Positions 1 through 13,500 of a DNA stretch of 64,000 nucleotides are shown piece by piece. Below the pieces are notes generated by a model that was not told the DNA's origin, ran no database searches, and saw only the letters and a list, made by a program, of their open reading frames with translations. The stretch lies in assembly GCA_002269645.1 (NCBI GenBank), contig NIVC01003099.1, positions 1 through 64,000 of the forward strand. The letters run 5' to 3'. Source of the DNA: Macrostomum lignano (lineage: Eukaryota). A program made the position numbers and the translations under genes. Each line of letters starts with the position of its first letter. Position 1 is the stretch's first letter.

Positions 1-1423
1 TCAGGCCCCATTTATATGTTGACTCGCAATTGCTAATTCCTCTATCTAGTGATTATTCTCAAAGTTTATATACTGACATTTAACTGTTGTTTAGCTGATT
101 GAATAAAAATTTAAAATTCACCTCGTGAGTTTTTAGAATCGCGCTATCATCAATTAGACCTAAAGCACTATCGTTTATCGAAAACGTATTATTTTAATAT
201 TGACTGTTCTATTACTTTTCCTTTGTGTTATTTATGATGAAATATCCTTGTGCATGCCCAGTAAACTTTTAGTGTAAACTTTGTTTAGCAATTTTTAATC
301 CCTACCAACATAAATAAATAGGTACTTATTTTCGAAAACTTAGGATTAAGGATTTTAAACTTTGATATCTAGTAGGGCCTACTATGTCTTTACTAGTAGG
401 TCTACATTAATCTTGTAATATAAGTTGAGGCCAAAATACAATTTTGACTAAGCCTAGGCTAAAGTACCTGGGTAAGGTTGGCTTGCAAAATCAAGACCAA
501 GACAATTTATGACCAATTTCCTAGGCCTGTTTTCTTAATGTTAGCTAATGCCAGTGCTACTAGGCCTATTGCTAGTGCTAGCCTTAGTGTACCTAGTTTT
601 TATCAAAATGCTGTTGACCCTTTATTATTTAGGTCTAAGTCAAGGCATTGTAATATGGCTATAGAATATTTAGGCCAACCTATAAAATATCAAGTTTTTT
701 AAGTTTATTATTAAACTATTTTTAATTGTTATATAATAATATATCAATATTAAACTATTTTTAATTGTTATATAATAATATATTAAAATGAATATAAAAA
801 TTATAGTGAGAATGCAAAACCAACCTAGTTTAAAAACATTATTTATATTTTATAGTTAGGTTTTAAAGAATAAGATCAAACCAAGACTCTAGAAGGTTAT
901 ATAGGCCCCTATATGCCAGAATCTAGGGTCCAGATCATATAATAGTGTATGCTGGAACATAAATCCTATCTCAGCTAAATGTATGCCAATGGCAATGTAT
1001 GCCAAAAAAGTATTCTAAATTATATGCCAGCATATCTTATAAAGTTTTTCGGTTTTCATAAATAGAGTTTCCTATGAAGGCTTTTGTATAAAACATCTTG
1101 AAAATATTTTAAGTATTTTCATTTTAAGCAAATTTAAACTATACCTATATGTATAGAATAATGCAAAATTTATATTTTTAGCAATAAGTTATACTATATT
1201 TATTGTTAATTTTAAAGAAGCAAAAAGGCTATCATTGACTTTTAAGACAATATCAATTTTTCTTTATTTTATATAAAAGCATTAATTTACATTACAGTTT
1301 TCAAGCATATAATAAATTTATTCACCAAAATTTATACGCAAAATATAGCATGAATTTGTATGCCTAAAAATTGTAAGAATTTGTATGCCAACTTTGAAAA
1401 GAATCATTTGTATACTGGAATTT

Positions 1424-3276
1424 TCTAGTGTCTGGGGTACTTGTACCAGTGCTCTAGTAGCTTTTCAATCCCTTCAGCAAAGAATTCTTTGGTGGTACTT
1501 CTAATATATTGGCTGACAGCAGAGGCTAGGGCCTGTATGCTATCATAATGGGGACCTCAGGGTAACTCCTTCATCTGCCCAAACAGCCAGTAGTCATTCA
1601 GTGCTAAGTCTATAGTGATAGATCAAAATTATTTTTCAAATCAAAATCAAAATCAAAATCTTCGGTTTTTTAGAATCAAAATCAAAATTGAAATTGAAAT
1701 CGAAATTTTTTGAGCTTAACAAATTTTTACTTTTTTGCTAATCATGCAAAAAGGTTAATACCTTGCCTCTGCATGTATGAGCTTACATGTTTTATAAAAA
1801 GTATCTTTGATATGTTTAAACCAGAATACTTAAGATTTAACTTACTTTAAAATGCAAAATAGAAAATGCTGGTGTATTATGTATTATACACTCGTATATA
1901 GAAATATAGTAGAAGTTGTATTATACTTCACCACTGTTTAAGCTGAAGATCTAGATACAAGTAGCCTATATCCATTTTATTAAGGCTTTAAGTCTTTAGG
2001 CCAATTAAAATCCATGTTGATGAGTTCAGCCAATAGGCTTGTGGAGGTTAAGGTGGGTGCAGCACAAGGCCTGGAACAGTGTGTACCCAGCATAATCTTT
2101 TCTTGTAGAAAAGGCAATACTCACCTCCCCACTGAGTCTTTGAACCGCACTTCCTTTCATTTCCTATAGATTTTCTTACTCGTGTAGCATGATCATCAAT
2201 GTCTAAATTGTTAAAATATAAACAAAATTTTGAAATGATTTTCAATGAATGGTGTCAAAATTCAAAATCAAAATCAGCAAATCAGCAATTATTTCAATGC
2301 AAAATTAGCTTCAAAAAAATTCAGAAAATTGAAATCGAATTTCAATCTATCACTATAAGTCTGGCAAGTAGTGTGGGTTGTTGTCCTATTGTCCCTGGTC
2401 AGCTTGCCTTGGTGCTTAGTCTTGATGGCTTGGTGCAAATTCTCTAGCACTTAGATGTAATAAGTATTGGTAATGGTAGTGCGACGTGGAAGCCAGTCAA
2501 TGAGCAGAATGCCTCCTTGTCCCAGAAGATGGTTGCCATCTGCTTTCTAGCCAATGGTGCAGCCAGGGCCTTCACTGGGGTGGGCTCTCCAGCTGCCTTC
2601 CAGACGTTGCTCTGCATCTTCGACTCTGGCTCATGTAATGGATCCACAACTCATCCCCAGTCACAATTTAATCCAAAAAGTTTGGGTTGTCGCGGTAGGC
2701 TTGCAGGAGCTGCTGACATACATAGACCCGCTTGTGCTGCTGATCATCTGTCAGAAGCTCCGGGACCCAATGAGCAACAACTCGCGACATCCCAAGCTTG
2801 GCTGTGAGAATTTTGTGAACTGCTGTATAAAAAATATACCCACAGTCTCTGCCAGTTCATGCATGGTGATCCGACAGTCAACATTAAGTGCCTGATGTAC
2901 ACACTTGATATTAGACCATGGTGGCTGGCCTTCCACTATGTGGTAGATCTTCAACTGTCTCCTAGCCATCCTCAAACTGCTGCACCACTTGCTGACCATC
3001 AACTTCAAAGGGGTCATCTTCACCATATCCTGCATGCAACTGGTGAACAATGTTGGCCTGTTGCTTCCCTTCTTTCTACAAGAACCAAATTATGCTTTGC
3101 TTGGCTTCTTCGTAACTTAAAATGACTGCTGTAAAAAATAACAAGCATACTTGTATTTGATTGCACTACCATTAAAAGTTATGGGACAAGTGCTGTCTAT
3201 GGCCTAAAGTATGGTGACTTAACTGCTTTTTGTTTGGAAAAATGTTTGTCCACAAACTTTTCAAACGACCCATGTA
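1424..3276 (-). mobile_element. Degenerate mariner (Tc1/mariner) DNA transposon, interrupted by a MITE
   Basis: Minus-strand translation gives mariner blocks in order, with stops and frameshifts: N-terminal HTH (IIWFL*KEGKQQANIVHQLHAGYG...EDLPHSGRP, ~3110-2920), IVTGDELWIHY (~2665-2633), EPESKMQS..WK...KQMATIFWDK, GILLIDWLP, then PDLALNDYWLFGQMKE...FFAEGIEKLLEHW (~1610-1445). Mariner-like TIR TACATGGGTCGTTTGAAAAGT on the minus strand at 3276-3256. The other TIR was not found. Confidence 0.9.
1613..2355. mobile_element. Non-autonomous hAT-like MITE (743 bp)
   Basis: Perfect 11-bp TIRs TAGTGATAGAT (1613-1623) / ATCTATCACTA (2345-2355). 8-bp flanking duplication TAAGTCTA (1605-1612) / TAAGTCTG (2356-2363). 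Subterminal AAAATC and GAAATT repeats at both ends. Confidence 0.85.
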
Positions 3277-4531
3277 TTATAAAAAGATTTTGTTTAAAAA
3301 GAATGTTTTCAAAAAATTTAAAACATTTTTAATAGCAGTTTTCAATCATTCAATCATTTCAATCAAAGTGGCATAACATTGGTGCCATAGTTTGAATTAT
3401 GTATCAGTGTACACTAGGACTAAAAATGTTTTCAACTATGTATACCAAAGTTGTATGCTATTTTTCATTTTTGCTTTTTATTAGTTGTGCAGATTAACAA
3501 ACTTAAATGTTATATACTTGCAACATGCACTGAAAAAAGACAATTTCTATAAAATAAATACTCTAAATATTTATAAAATAAAAATTAGGAAAAACAAGGT
3601 TTTTAACGCACAAAGTTTAAAAAAGTTTTTTATTATTCTTTGTTCCATGTTGATGGTGTTGCATATAGGATATTTTTATATAAAGTCACCTTTTTAATTT
3701 TAATTTATTGTTCCATCATAAGGGGGTCTATATGCTGTAGGCATAATCAAAACTATGGTTTATTCCAATTTTCTATATTCAATAGCCATGGGGACCCCAA
3801 TATTACCAGATTCCCATAATTCCTCTAGCTATAGTTTTAACAAAAAGTCTAGGAAACAAAATATTAATATTTTGTCATTAGACAATTTAAGGAATTTTCT
3901 ACCCATTTTATACTTAAGCTTATGCCATAGAAAAATAACTATTTTTAATTATTTTTAAATAACATGTTTTTTTAAACAACAGAAATTTTTTCATATAAAA
4001 ATTATGGTGATATTTAAATAAAATTTTACTAAATTTTTTCAATAAACACATTTGGTTTATATGTTGTTTAACCTTGTTTTAAATAATAAATATTATATTA
4101 TTCATTGTAATTTCATAGAACTAATAGCAATTAAATATATGCAACTATGTTAAAAGCATCTTCTTTTCGATTTTATGCCAATTTTTCTACAATTGTTTCT
4201 TAAGCTATGCATGTACACTAAGGCTGATTTTAGGACTAAGTTTTTGCTAGAAAATTCTAGCATAGACTAAGGCATTTTGTACCAACCCAAATTCGTGGTT
4301 AGATTAAAAATCTTTACTATATATCTGTTCTACTTTCTACTTCTGTTCTATATATATATGATAAGATAAAATATTTCATTAAAGTTTTTTATTTTATGGT
4401 TTATGGCACATTTTAGAAACATCTAGCATAAGTGAAACAAAATGAAGCATTGGGAACTTTTTTACCCCATGATCATTGTGCATTACACACTTTCCTAGCA
4501 AACTTAGCAGAACTGTCTGGATTCCACAATC

Positions 4532-7500
4532 ATGGCAGGCATGGAAGCTGAAATAGTCAAAGATGAAACTGGTCAAGAACTAGTCAAACTTGTCATTGTT
4601 GACGAGACCAATCAAGGCCAGCCATCTTATGCTTATGTCACGCCTCAAGATGCCCAGAGAATTCTATCTGGCGAAGCCACCTTGCAAATTGATGAGGAAG
4701 GCAATGCTGTTATTGTGGCTACAGAACAGCAGCAGGCTGGTGATGTGGAGACCACTGCTCAGAGTGAGCAGCAGCAAGTGAGTTCGAATTATTGTATTGA
4801 GAAAACTAAAATTGTGTTTAATTATATATATGCAGTGTACTGAGTTTTGCTAAATGATAATGTCCAAGTCTCAGAATTTAAATGCCTGGTCGCTGTACTA
4901 CTCCAATGCGCTCTCTATCAACCCCTGCCCCCAATGTGCACTCTATCAACCCCTACCCCCAATGTGCACTTATCTATCAACCCCTACCCCCAATGTGCAC
5001 TCGATCAACCCCTACCCACAATGTGCACTTATCTATCAACCCCTACCCCAATGTGCACTCTGAACCCCTACCCCAATGTGCACTCTGAACCCCTACCCCC
5101 AATGTGCACTCGATAAACCCCTTCCCACAATGTGCACTTATCTATCAACCCCTACCCCAATGTGCACTCTATCAACCCCTACCCCCAATGTGCACTCGAT
5201 CAACCCCTACCCACAATGTGCACTTATCTATCAACCCCTACCCACAATGTGCACTTATCTATCAACCCATACCCACAATGTGCACTTATCTATCAAACCC
5301 TACCCCCAATGTGCACTTATCTATCAACCCCTACCCACAATGTGCACTTATCTATCAACCCCTACCCACAATGTGCACTCTATCAACCCCTACCCCCAAT
5401 GTGCACTCTATCAACCCCTACCGCCAATTCGCACTCTATCAACCCCTACCCCCAAAGTGATCTCTATCAACCCATTGATCAACCCCTACCCCCAATGTAC
5501 ACTCGATCAACCCTTACCCAGTGTACACTCTTACAATCTAATTTTTTGTTTTAAAAGGCTGAGTCTGCCGAAACGAAGCCAGCGGGCTCTGCTGTTGCGT
5601 CCCAGCAGCAGCAACAGCAACAGCAAGAATCCGCAGGCGGCGAAGGTGATGAAGAACAATTGATCATCACGGAGGAACCTGGCAAAAATGGCGGCCCGCC
5701 AACCGTAATCCTCAGCGATTCCCATGGCAACGTGATCACTCGCAAGGAGGTTACAAATCCTGATGAGCCAGTTATGCTAGACTATGGCATTCACAAGATC
5801 CAATACGTAATGCAGTCAGCTCACGCTGCTGCCACAGCCGCGGCCGCATCTGCTGCTGCAGCCACTCCCGGTTCGTCATCAAGTGGTAAACTCGCGGCTT
5901 CCTCTACTGCGGCTGCTCAGCCACAACAGGCCGCCACAGTGCCAGTGGCTTATCGAAAACTTCCGCGGCTAATGTCACCGCTCAGTTCAGGAGCACCTAT
6001 CTGCAGCAGGAGCATCTGGATGCGCTGAAGGACGCTGTGGCGTTCCTGTTGAAGGGTTTGAAGGTAATGACTGTTTCTGTACCCTCGCATGAGTCAGTGA
6101 CTGTTTCTGTACCCTCCCATGAGTCAGTGACTGTTTCTGTACCCTCCCATGAGTCAGTGACTGTTTCTGTACCCTCCCATGAGTCAGTGACTGTTTCTGT
6201 ACCCTCCCATGAGTCAGTGACTGTGTTTCTGTACCCTCCCATGAGTCAGTGACTGTTTCCGTACCCTCCCATGAGTCAGTGACTGTTTCTGTACCCTCCC
6301 ATGAGTCAGTGACTGTTTCTGTACCCTCCCATGAGTCAGTGACTGTGTTTCTGTACCCTCCCATGAGTCTGTGACTGTTTCTGTACCCTCCCATGATTCA
6401 GTGACTGTTTCTGTACCCTCCCATGAGTCAGTGACTGTTTCTGTACCCTCCCATGAGTCAGTGACTGCTTCTGTACCCTCCCATGAGTCAGTGACTGTTT
6501 CTGTACCCTCCCATGAGTCAGTGACTGCGTTGCTATACCCTCCGTGCATCAATACTTTGTTGATCCCAGATCCCGTGTCTTCCTTGTTCAATACGCTAAC
6601 CCCAAGCCAATGAACACACTCAGGACCGAGTATTCTACCCCGAGCCCTATCACAAGCGCTTAGGCAGCTACCAAGCCTACCAAGAGATGGTCAGACTGCA
6701 GAGCATCAGCCCAGAGACCGCCACCGAGTCACAACTGGCGCTGCTGCGTCGTCACTCGATGCTATTCCGACCAAGCGGTCCCAACAGCCGGCCGCTGACT
6801 CTCTACGAGCTGTCAGTCAACGAAGCCGCCGCTCAGATCTGCGCCGCTCATCCTGCTCTACTGTTTCATCGACGGGATTTGGTCAGCTACGCTAGGCAGG
6901 CTGTGAAGTACACTGGCATTGATTTTCCAGTGTCTTCACCTGGGCCATCCATTGGAACTGTGAGTGGCTTGGTTGCTTAGATTGGCCTGCTCAAAAGTCA
7001 GATGATTTCAATCTTCCGAAATCCTCCCAGATCCCCAGTTGCTGGGCCACAGCCTCCCAGATCCTCAGTTGCTGGGCCAGCCTCCCAGATCCTCAGTTGC
7101 TGGGCCAGCCTCCCAGATCCCCAGTTGCTGGGCCAGCCTCCCAGAGTGTCAGTTGCTGGGCCAGCCTCCCATATCCTCATTTGCTGAGCCAGCCTCCCAG
7201 ATTATCAGTTGCTGGGCCAGCCTCCCAGATCCTCAGTTTCTGGGCCAGCCTCCCAGATCCCCAGTTGCTGGGCCAGCCTCCCAGATCCTCAGTTTCTGGG
7301 CCAGCCTCCCAGATCCCCAGTTGCTGGGCCAGCCTCCCAGAGTGTCAGTTGCTGGGCCAGCCTTCCAGATCCCCAGTTGCTGGGCCAGCCTCCCAGATCC
7401 TCAGTTGCTGGGCCTGCCTCCCAGATCCTCAGTTGCTGGGCCAGCCTCCCAGAGTGTCAGTTGCTGGGCCAGCCTTAAGCCAACTTGGATCCCACTAAGG

Positions 7501-10500
7501 TGATTCCTCCCCACCCGCAGGCCGGCATGCAGGCCATGGGCCACCGAGCTGCCTCAGCCTCCTCATACCAGAAGTCCGCACCAGCCGCAGCCTCCAGCCT
7601 TGCCGGTCGGTCATCTGTCGCCGGCAGCAGCCGACTAAACGAAGAGGAGCAGGCCCTGATCCGCCAGACTGTGCAAGCAATGCTCAGCGAAGTGGCCTCC
7701 GTGCGCAACAAAGACCGCTACTCTTGTTCCGCTATCGAGCGCTATCTCTACGACGATACTCGCCGACTACAAGAGTTGAAGCAAGCCGGCCAGTTGGACA
7801 AGAATCTGGCTTTCCTGCGTCAGCTGGCCGTTATACACGGCCGGTTCACCCTGGGCCACATCAACCCGCAGGCCGTGCTGACTCCATTCGAAGCCGCTTG
7901 CAACGAAGCCGCCGTCTGGTTTGCCTACGAGAATCCAGCCGTGCTAACGCACCGAAAGCTGCTCATTGAACTGTGCAAACGCGCTGTGAGATCAACTGGC
8001 AGGTATTTCCCACCGACTGGCGGCATGCCCAGCGATCCAGCTGGCGGTGCAGCCGCTCAGAACCTGACCATCACCTCGCGCGAGAATTCCTTTCACATAT
8101 CGTTTCAACCGAACAAGCCGGAGCCCGAGTTCACCTCCACTGAGTCTGTCGTGCTTGAAGATGGCGCTGAAGATGACAGGCTCCCAGCTGAGGTCAACGA
8201 AGAGGCTTGGGCTGTAATCACCGGGGATCAGGATACCGAGGCTGAAGCTCAGGTGAGGAAGTTTTTCCGGGTTTGTCTAGAAGAGTAACCATGAGCTTTA
8301 GAATCCCAAATTTTCAGAATGGGTGTTTTAGAATCCCAGATCCCTAGAACTGGTGTTTTAGAATCCCAGATCCTCACAATGGGAGTTTTAAAATCCCAAA
8401 TCCCCGCAATGGGTTTTAGAATCCCAGCTCTTCACTATGAAGTTTTAAATTCCCAGAAGATCGTCAGAATGGGTGTTTCAGTATCCTAGATTTCAAGAAT
8501 ACGAGTTTTAGAATCCCAGATCCCAAGAATGGATATTTCAGAATCCCAGATCCCAAGAATGGATATTTCAGAATCCCAGATCCCAAGAATGGGTATTTCA
8601 GAATCCCAGATCCCAAGAATAAGTATTTCAGAATCCCAGATCCCAAGAATGGGTATTTCAGAATCCCAGATCCCAAGAATGGGAGTTTTAGAATCCCAGA
8701 TCCCAAGAATGGGTTTTTCAGAATCCCAGATCCCAAGAATGGGTATTTCAGAATCCAAGATACCAAGAATGGGAGTCTTAGAATCCAAGATCCCAAGAAT
8801 GGGAGTTTTAGAATCCAAGATACCAAGAATGGAAGTTTTAGAATCCCAGATTTCAAGAATAAGAGTTTTAGAATCCCAGATCTCAAGAATGGGAGTTTTA
8901 GAATCCCAAATCCTCACTATGTTAGTTTTAAACACCGAAATCCTTAAACATAAATTTGAAATTTATACTGATTTTGTTTTCCACACAGGGCCGGACCCTG
9001 CGCATGACCTGCACCATAGAGGAGAACTGCCTCACCGATACCCAAATTCTCGTCGCCTCCGGCGCTCACGACATTCGTCACGTGACCTCGCTAAATCTGA
9101 GCGGCCTCGGCTTGACCTCAATTAACCCCGTTCACCTGTCCAAATGCGCTTTTCTACGTCAGCTAGATCTGAGCGAGAATGCGCTGCAGTTCTTGCCCAG
9201 GTGTCTGTATCTGCCCCGACTGACTGTGCTGGACATTTCTGGCAATAATTTTCAGCATGCACCTCTGGTGGAGCAGTTTCCTCTTCTAGAGGAGCTCAAG
9301 GTGAGTGATCTGCATGTAGATTCTCTAGTCCAGCTCTCATTGAGATTCCAGCGTCTCTAGTCCAGCTCTCATTGTGAGATTCCAGCGTCTCTAGTCCAGA
9401 TCTCATTGTGAGATTCCAGCGTCTCTAGTCCAGCTCTCATTGAGATTCCAGCGTCTCTAGTCCAGCTCTCATTGTGAGATTCCAGCGTCTCTAGTCCAGC
9501 TCTCATTGTGAGATTCCAGCGTCTCTAGTCCAGCTCTCATTGTGAGATTCCAGCGCGTCTCTAGTCCAGCTCTCATTGTGAGATTCCAGCGTCTCTAGTC
9601 CAGCTCTCATTGTGAGATTCCAGCGCGTCTCTAGTCCAGATCTCATTGTGAGATTCCAGCGTCTCTAGTCCAGATCTCATTGTGAGATTCCAGCGTCTCT
9701 AGTCCAGCTCTCATTGTGAGATTCCAGCGTCTCTAGTCCAGATCTCATTGTGAGATTCCAGCGTCTCTAGTCCAGATCTCATTGTGAGATTCCAGCGTCT
9801 CTAGTCCAGATCTCATTGTGAGATTCCAGCATCTCTAGTCAAGATCTCATATTAAGATTTTGATGTCTCTAATCCAGATCTCATACTGGAATTCCAGTGT
9901 CTCCAATCCAGATCTCATAGTGGGATTTCAGTGCCCCTTTTCAGCTCCCATTTTGAGATTCCAGTGTCTCCAATACAGATCTCATAGTGAAATTCCAGTG
10001 TCTCCAACCCAGATCTCAGTGAGATTCCAGATCTCATAGTGAGATTACAGATCTCATAGTGAGATTGCAGATCTCATAGTGAGATTACAGATCTCATAGT
10101 GAGATACCAGAGTTTCCAATCCAGATCTCATAGTGAGATTCCAGTGTCTCCAACCCAGATTCATAGTAAGATTCCAGATCTCATAGTAAGATTCCAGATC
10201 TCATAATGAGATTCCATACCTATAATGTTTCCCAATCGTCTCTATCCAGGTCGACGACAGCGTGCTGTGCAGCGACCTCACTCTGTCCTACTTCAACCCG
10301 CGCCTTCGCACCCTGAACGGCCGGCCATTCAACCCATCCGGCCGCCTCACCGACTCCATGCTGAACGCTCTGCAAAGATCACGTGACGCCATCGTGAAGC
10401 AGATCGGCTACAAGTGGAACGTGGACTACGCCGAGCACTACAAGAAAGGCGTACCGGAGCGCGACGCAAATAAAGTGATTGAAAGCTTCGTGTTGGCTTT

Positions 10501-13500
10501 GAAGTCTCGCCCGTTGCCGCTGGAAGAGCCTTGGTCCCAGTTGAAAGATGTACTCATCAGGCGCTATGTTGGCGACATGCTCAACAGTAAACTGATTCTT
10601 GACAAGTCAATCCCGGCCGAAGTTCGCGATATTGAAGATGGCGAAGGCGAGTCTTCTATTGATCCTCAGGAAGCCAACCGAGCCGTGCTAGAGCGAGCTG
10701 TCCGTCGGGGTATGGCAGTTGTGTACACCGTTGTCAAGTCTCAGGGCGTTGTTGGCAAGCCTACTGCCGACTTCCTGCCAAGCGAAATCTCATTGAGAGG
10801 CGCTGCTGCCGCCGCCGCAGCAGCCGCCGCAGCGGAGCGCAAGCGTGCTAGGCCGGGTCAGGACGACTGGGAGTCCGTGGGGGTGCGCACTCGACCGACT
10901 AATAAACGGAAACGCTACACCGAACTTGGCGTCTTCTCTGAGGAGGAGTATCGAACTTTGAAGACTATCGAAGAGGAGAAGGAGAATCAGAGGCGCGAGA
11001 TGACTGTACAGCAGCGTGAGTTGTGCATGTTGTAGCTTTTATTTTATAGCCTTCGTTTCTTAGAAACTGTCTTTAGGTCTTGGTTGGTTTGTTTCTAAGA
11101 ATCTGTCTCCTTTACTGTACAGGTTTATTTCGAAGAAACTCCTCTTTTTCGGTTAGTTTCTAAGAATCTGTCTAATAGTCTGGTTTGTTTCTAAGAATCT
11201 GTCTAGTAGTCTTTGGTTTGTTTCAAAGAATCTGTCTAATAGTCTGGTTTGTTTCTAAGAATCTGTCTAATAGTCTGGTTTGTTTCTAAGAATCTGTCTA
11301 ATAGTCTTTGGTTTGTTTCTAAGAATATGTCTAATAGTCTTTGGTTTGTTTCTAAGAATATGTCTAATAGTCTGGTTTGTTTCTAAGAATATGTCTAATA
11401 GTCTTTGGTTTGTTTCTAAGAATATGTCTAATAGTCTTTGGTTTGTTTCAAAGAATCTGTCTAATAGTCTGGTTTGTTTCTAAGAATCTGTCTAATAGTC
11501 TGGTTTGTTTCAAAGAATCTGTCTAATAGTCTGGTTTGTTTCTAAGAATCTGTCTAATAGTCTTTGGTTTGTTTCTAAGAATATGTCTAATAGTCTTTGG
11601 TTTGTTTCTAAGAATATGTCTAATAGTCTGGTTTGTTTCTAAGAATATGTCTAATAGTCTTTGGTTTGTTTCTAAGAATATGTCTAATAGTCTTTGGTTT
11701 GTTTCTAAGAATATGTCTAATAGTCTTTGGTTTGTTTCAAAGAATCTGTCTAATAGTCTGGTTTGTTTCTAAGAATCTGTCTAATAGTCTGGTTTGTTTC
11801 TAAGAATCTGTCTAATAGTCTTTAGTTTGTTTCTAAGAATCTGTCTAATAGTCTTTGGTTTGTTTCTAAGAATCTGTCTAATAGTCTTTAGTTTGTTTCT
11901 AAGAATCTGTCTAATAGTCTTTGGTTTGTTTCTAAGAATCTGTCTAATAGTCTTTGGTTTGTTTCTAAGAATCCTTCACTGTACAGGTTTATTTCTAATA
12001 AACTCCTATTTTTCGGTTAGTTTCTTAGAAACTGTCTTTAGGTCGAGGTGGGCTTGTTTCTAAGAATATGTCTCCTTTACTGTACAGGTTTATTTCTAAG
12101 AAACTCTTATTTTTCAGTTATTTCTTAGAAACCGTCTTTAGGCCTTGGCTGGTTTGTTTCCAAGAAGCAGTCCTAGTCTTGATTGTTTTGTTTCTAAGAA
12201 CCTGTCTCAGTCTTCGTTTATTTCCAAGAAACAATTGTCTAACATTTTTTATTTTATTTCTAACAAACAACTCATTGCAGGTATGTTTCTAAGAAACATT
12301 CTGCTTTGCTGGTTTTATTTCTTAGAAACGTTTTTGGAGTCTTCATTGTTTTTTTCTAATAATCTCTCCTAGTCTTGGTTTATTTCGAAAAATCACTTTC
12401 AGTCTGTTGCTTTGTTTCTAAGAATCTGTTTCCAAGTCTGTTAGTGTAGATTTGCGTTCAACTACAATGCCTCCCAACCCTGCCACACAGGCCTTCAATA
12501 CCAGGAGATCAAGACCAAGTCCAGCTATACCGAACCGGCCTCGGTTCCAGCGCTGCCGCAGTCTCTCACGGCGTCGGCTGCAGGCGCCACAGCTGCCAGC
12601 GCCTCCGGTCGCGCCCGGGTCAGCTTCCACGAAGAGCCGATGGACGAGTCTGTAGGCGGTAATCTGTCCGACTCGGATATCAACTTGGCCGGTTCGTCCA
12701 GCGGCGCCGTTGCCATCAGCGGCGGTGCCGGAGTGTCCGGTGGCGGCAACGAACTCCGACCCATCGTCACGGCCTACACCCGGTCACTGCGCGATGTCAG
12801 CGATAAATATCGCTACCAACCGGTGCACTTTATCCGCTGCCATTCCAAGGATAATAATCCTATGGATGCCGAGACCAAAGTCTGGCGTTGCGCATTCGAA
12901 CCGGCCATCGGTTCCAGCGGAGAAGCCATGCCGGACGGGACAACTACTCTTGTGGCCACCTGCGGCGGGGACAGCGTCTGTCTAATTGACTGCGACACTG
13001 GCAAAGTGGTGAAACGGTTCAAGCATTTGAGCGAGGAGTTCTATTGTCTGGCTTGGACCGTTATCCCCATTGAGGATAAGCCGACTAAGATTCTGGGTGA
13101 GTTGCTATGGGAATTTGTGTTTTTTATAACGCTTTTGGTGGGATTCTAACTCGTGGTGGGGGAGTTCGGGATTTCTAATTAGTGTGGGAGATTTTAAGGG
13201 GATTCTATGTAGTATGGGGATTTTTAGGGATTAGAATTCGTGTGGAGAATTTTGAGGGGATACTAATTAGTGTGGGATTATTATGGGGTTATAATTAGTA
13301 TAGGATTCTAATTAGCGTGTGATAAATATGAAATTCTAATTAGTGTGAGATTTAGGGATTCTAATTAGTGTGGGATTATTATGAGATTCTAATTAGTGTG
13401 GGATTATTATGAGATTCTAATTAGCGTGGGATTATTATAGGATTATTATGGAATTCTAATTAGTGTGGGATTATTGTGGGATTCTAATTAGTGTGGGATT

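Noticed and set aside
1-1420. AT-rich DNA with frequent AGGCCT/CCTAG motifs, similar in style to 3300-4300, 51900-52390 and 62010-64000
   Set aside because: Probably old repeat family remnants, but I could not define termini, TSDs or alignable blocks
2020-2245. ORF 2048-2245 ending LVLHPP as a middle part of the mariner transposase
   Set aside because: It lies inside the MITE, and the mariner frame rejoins across the MITE without it
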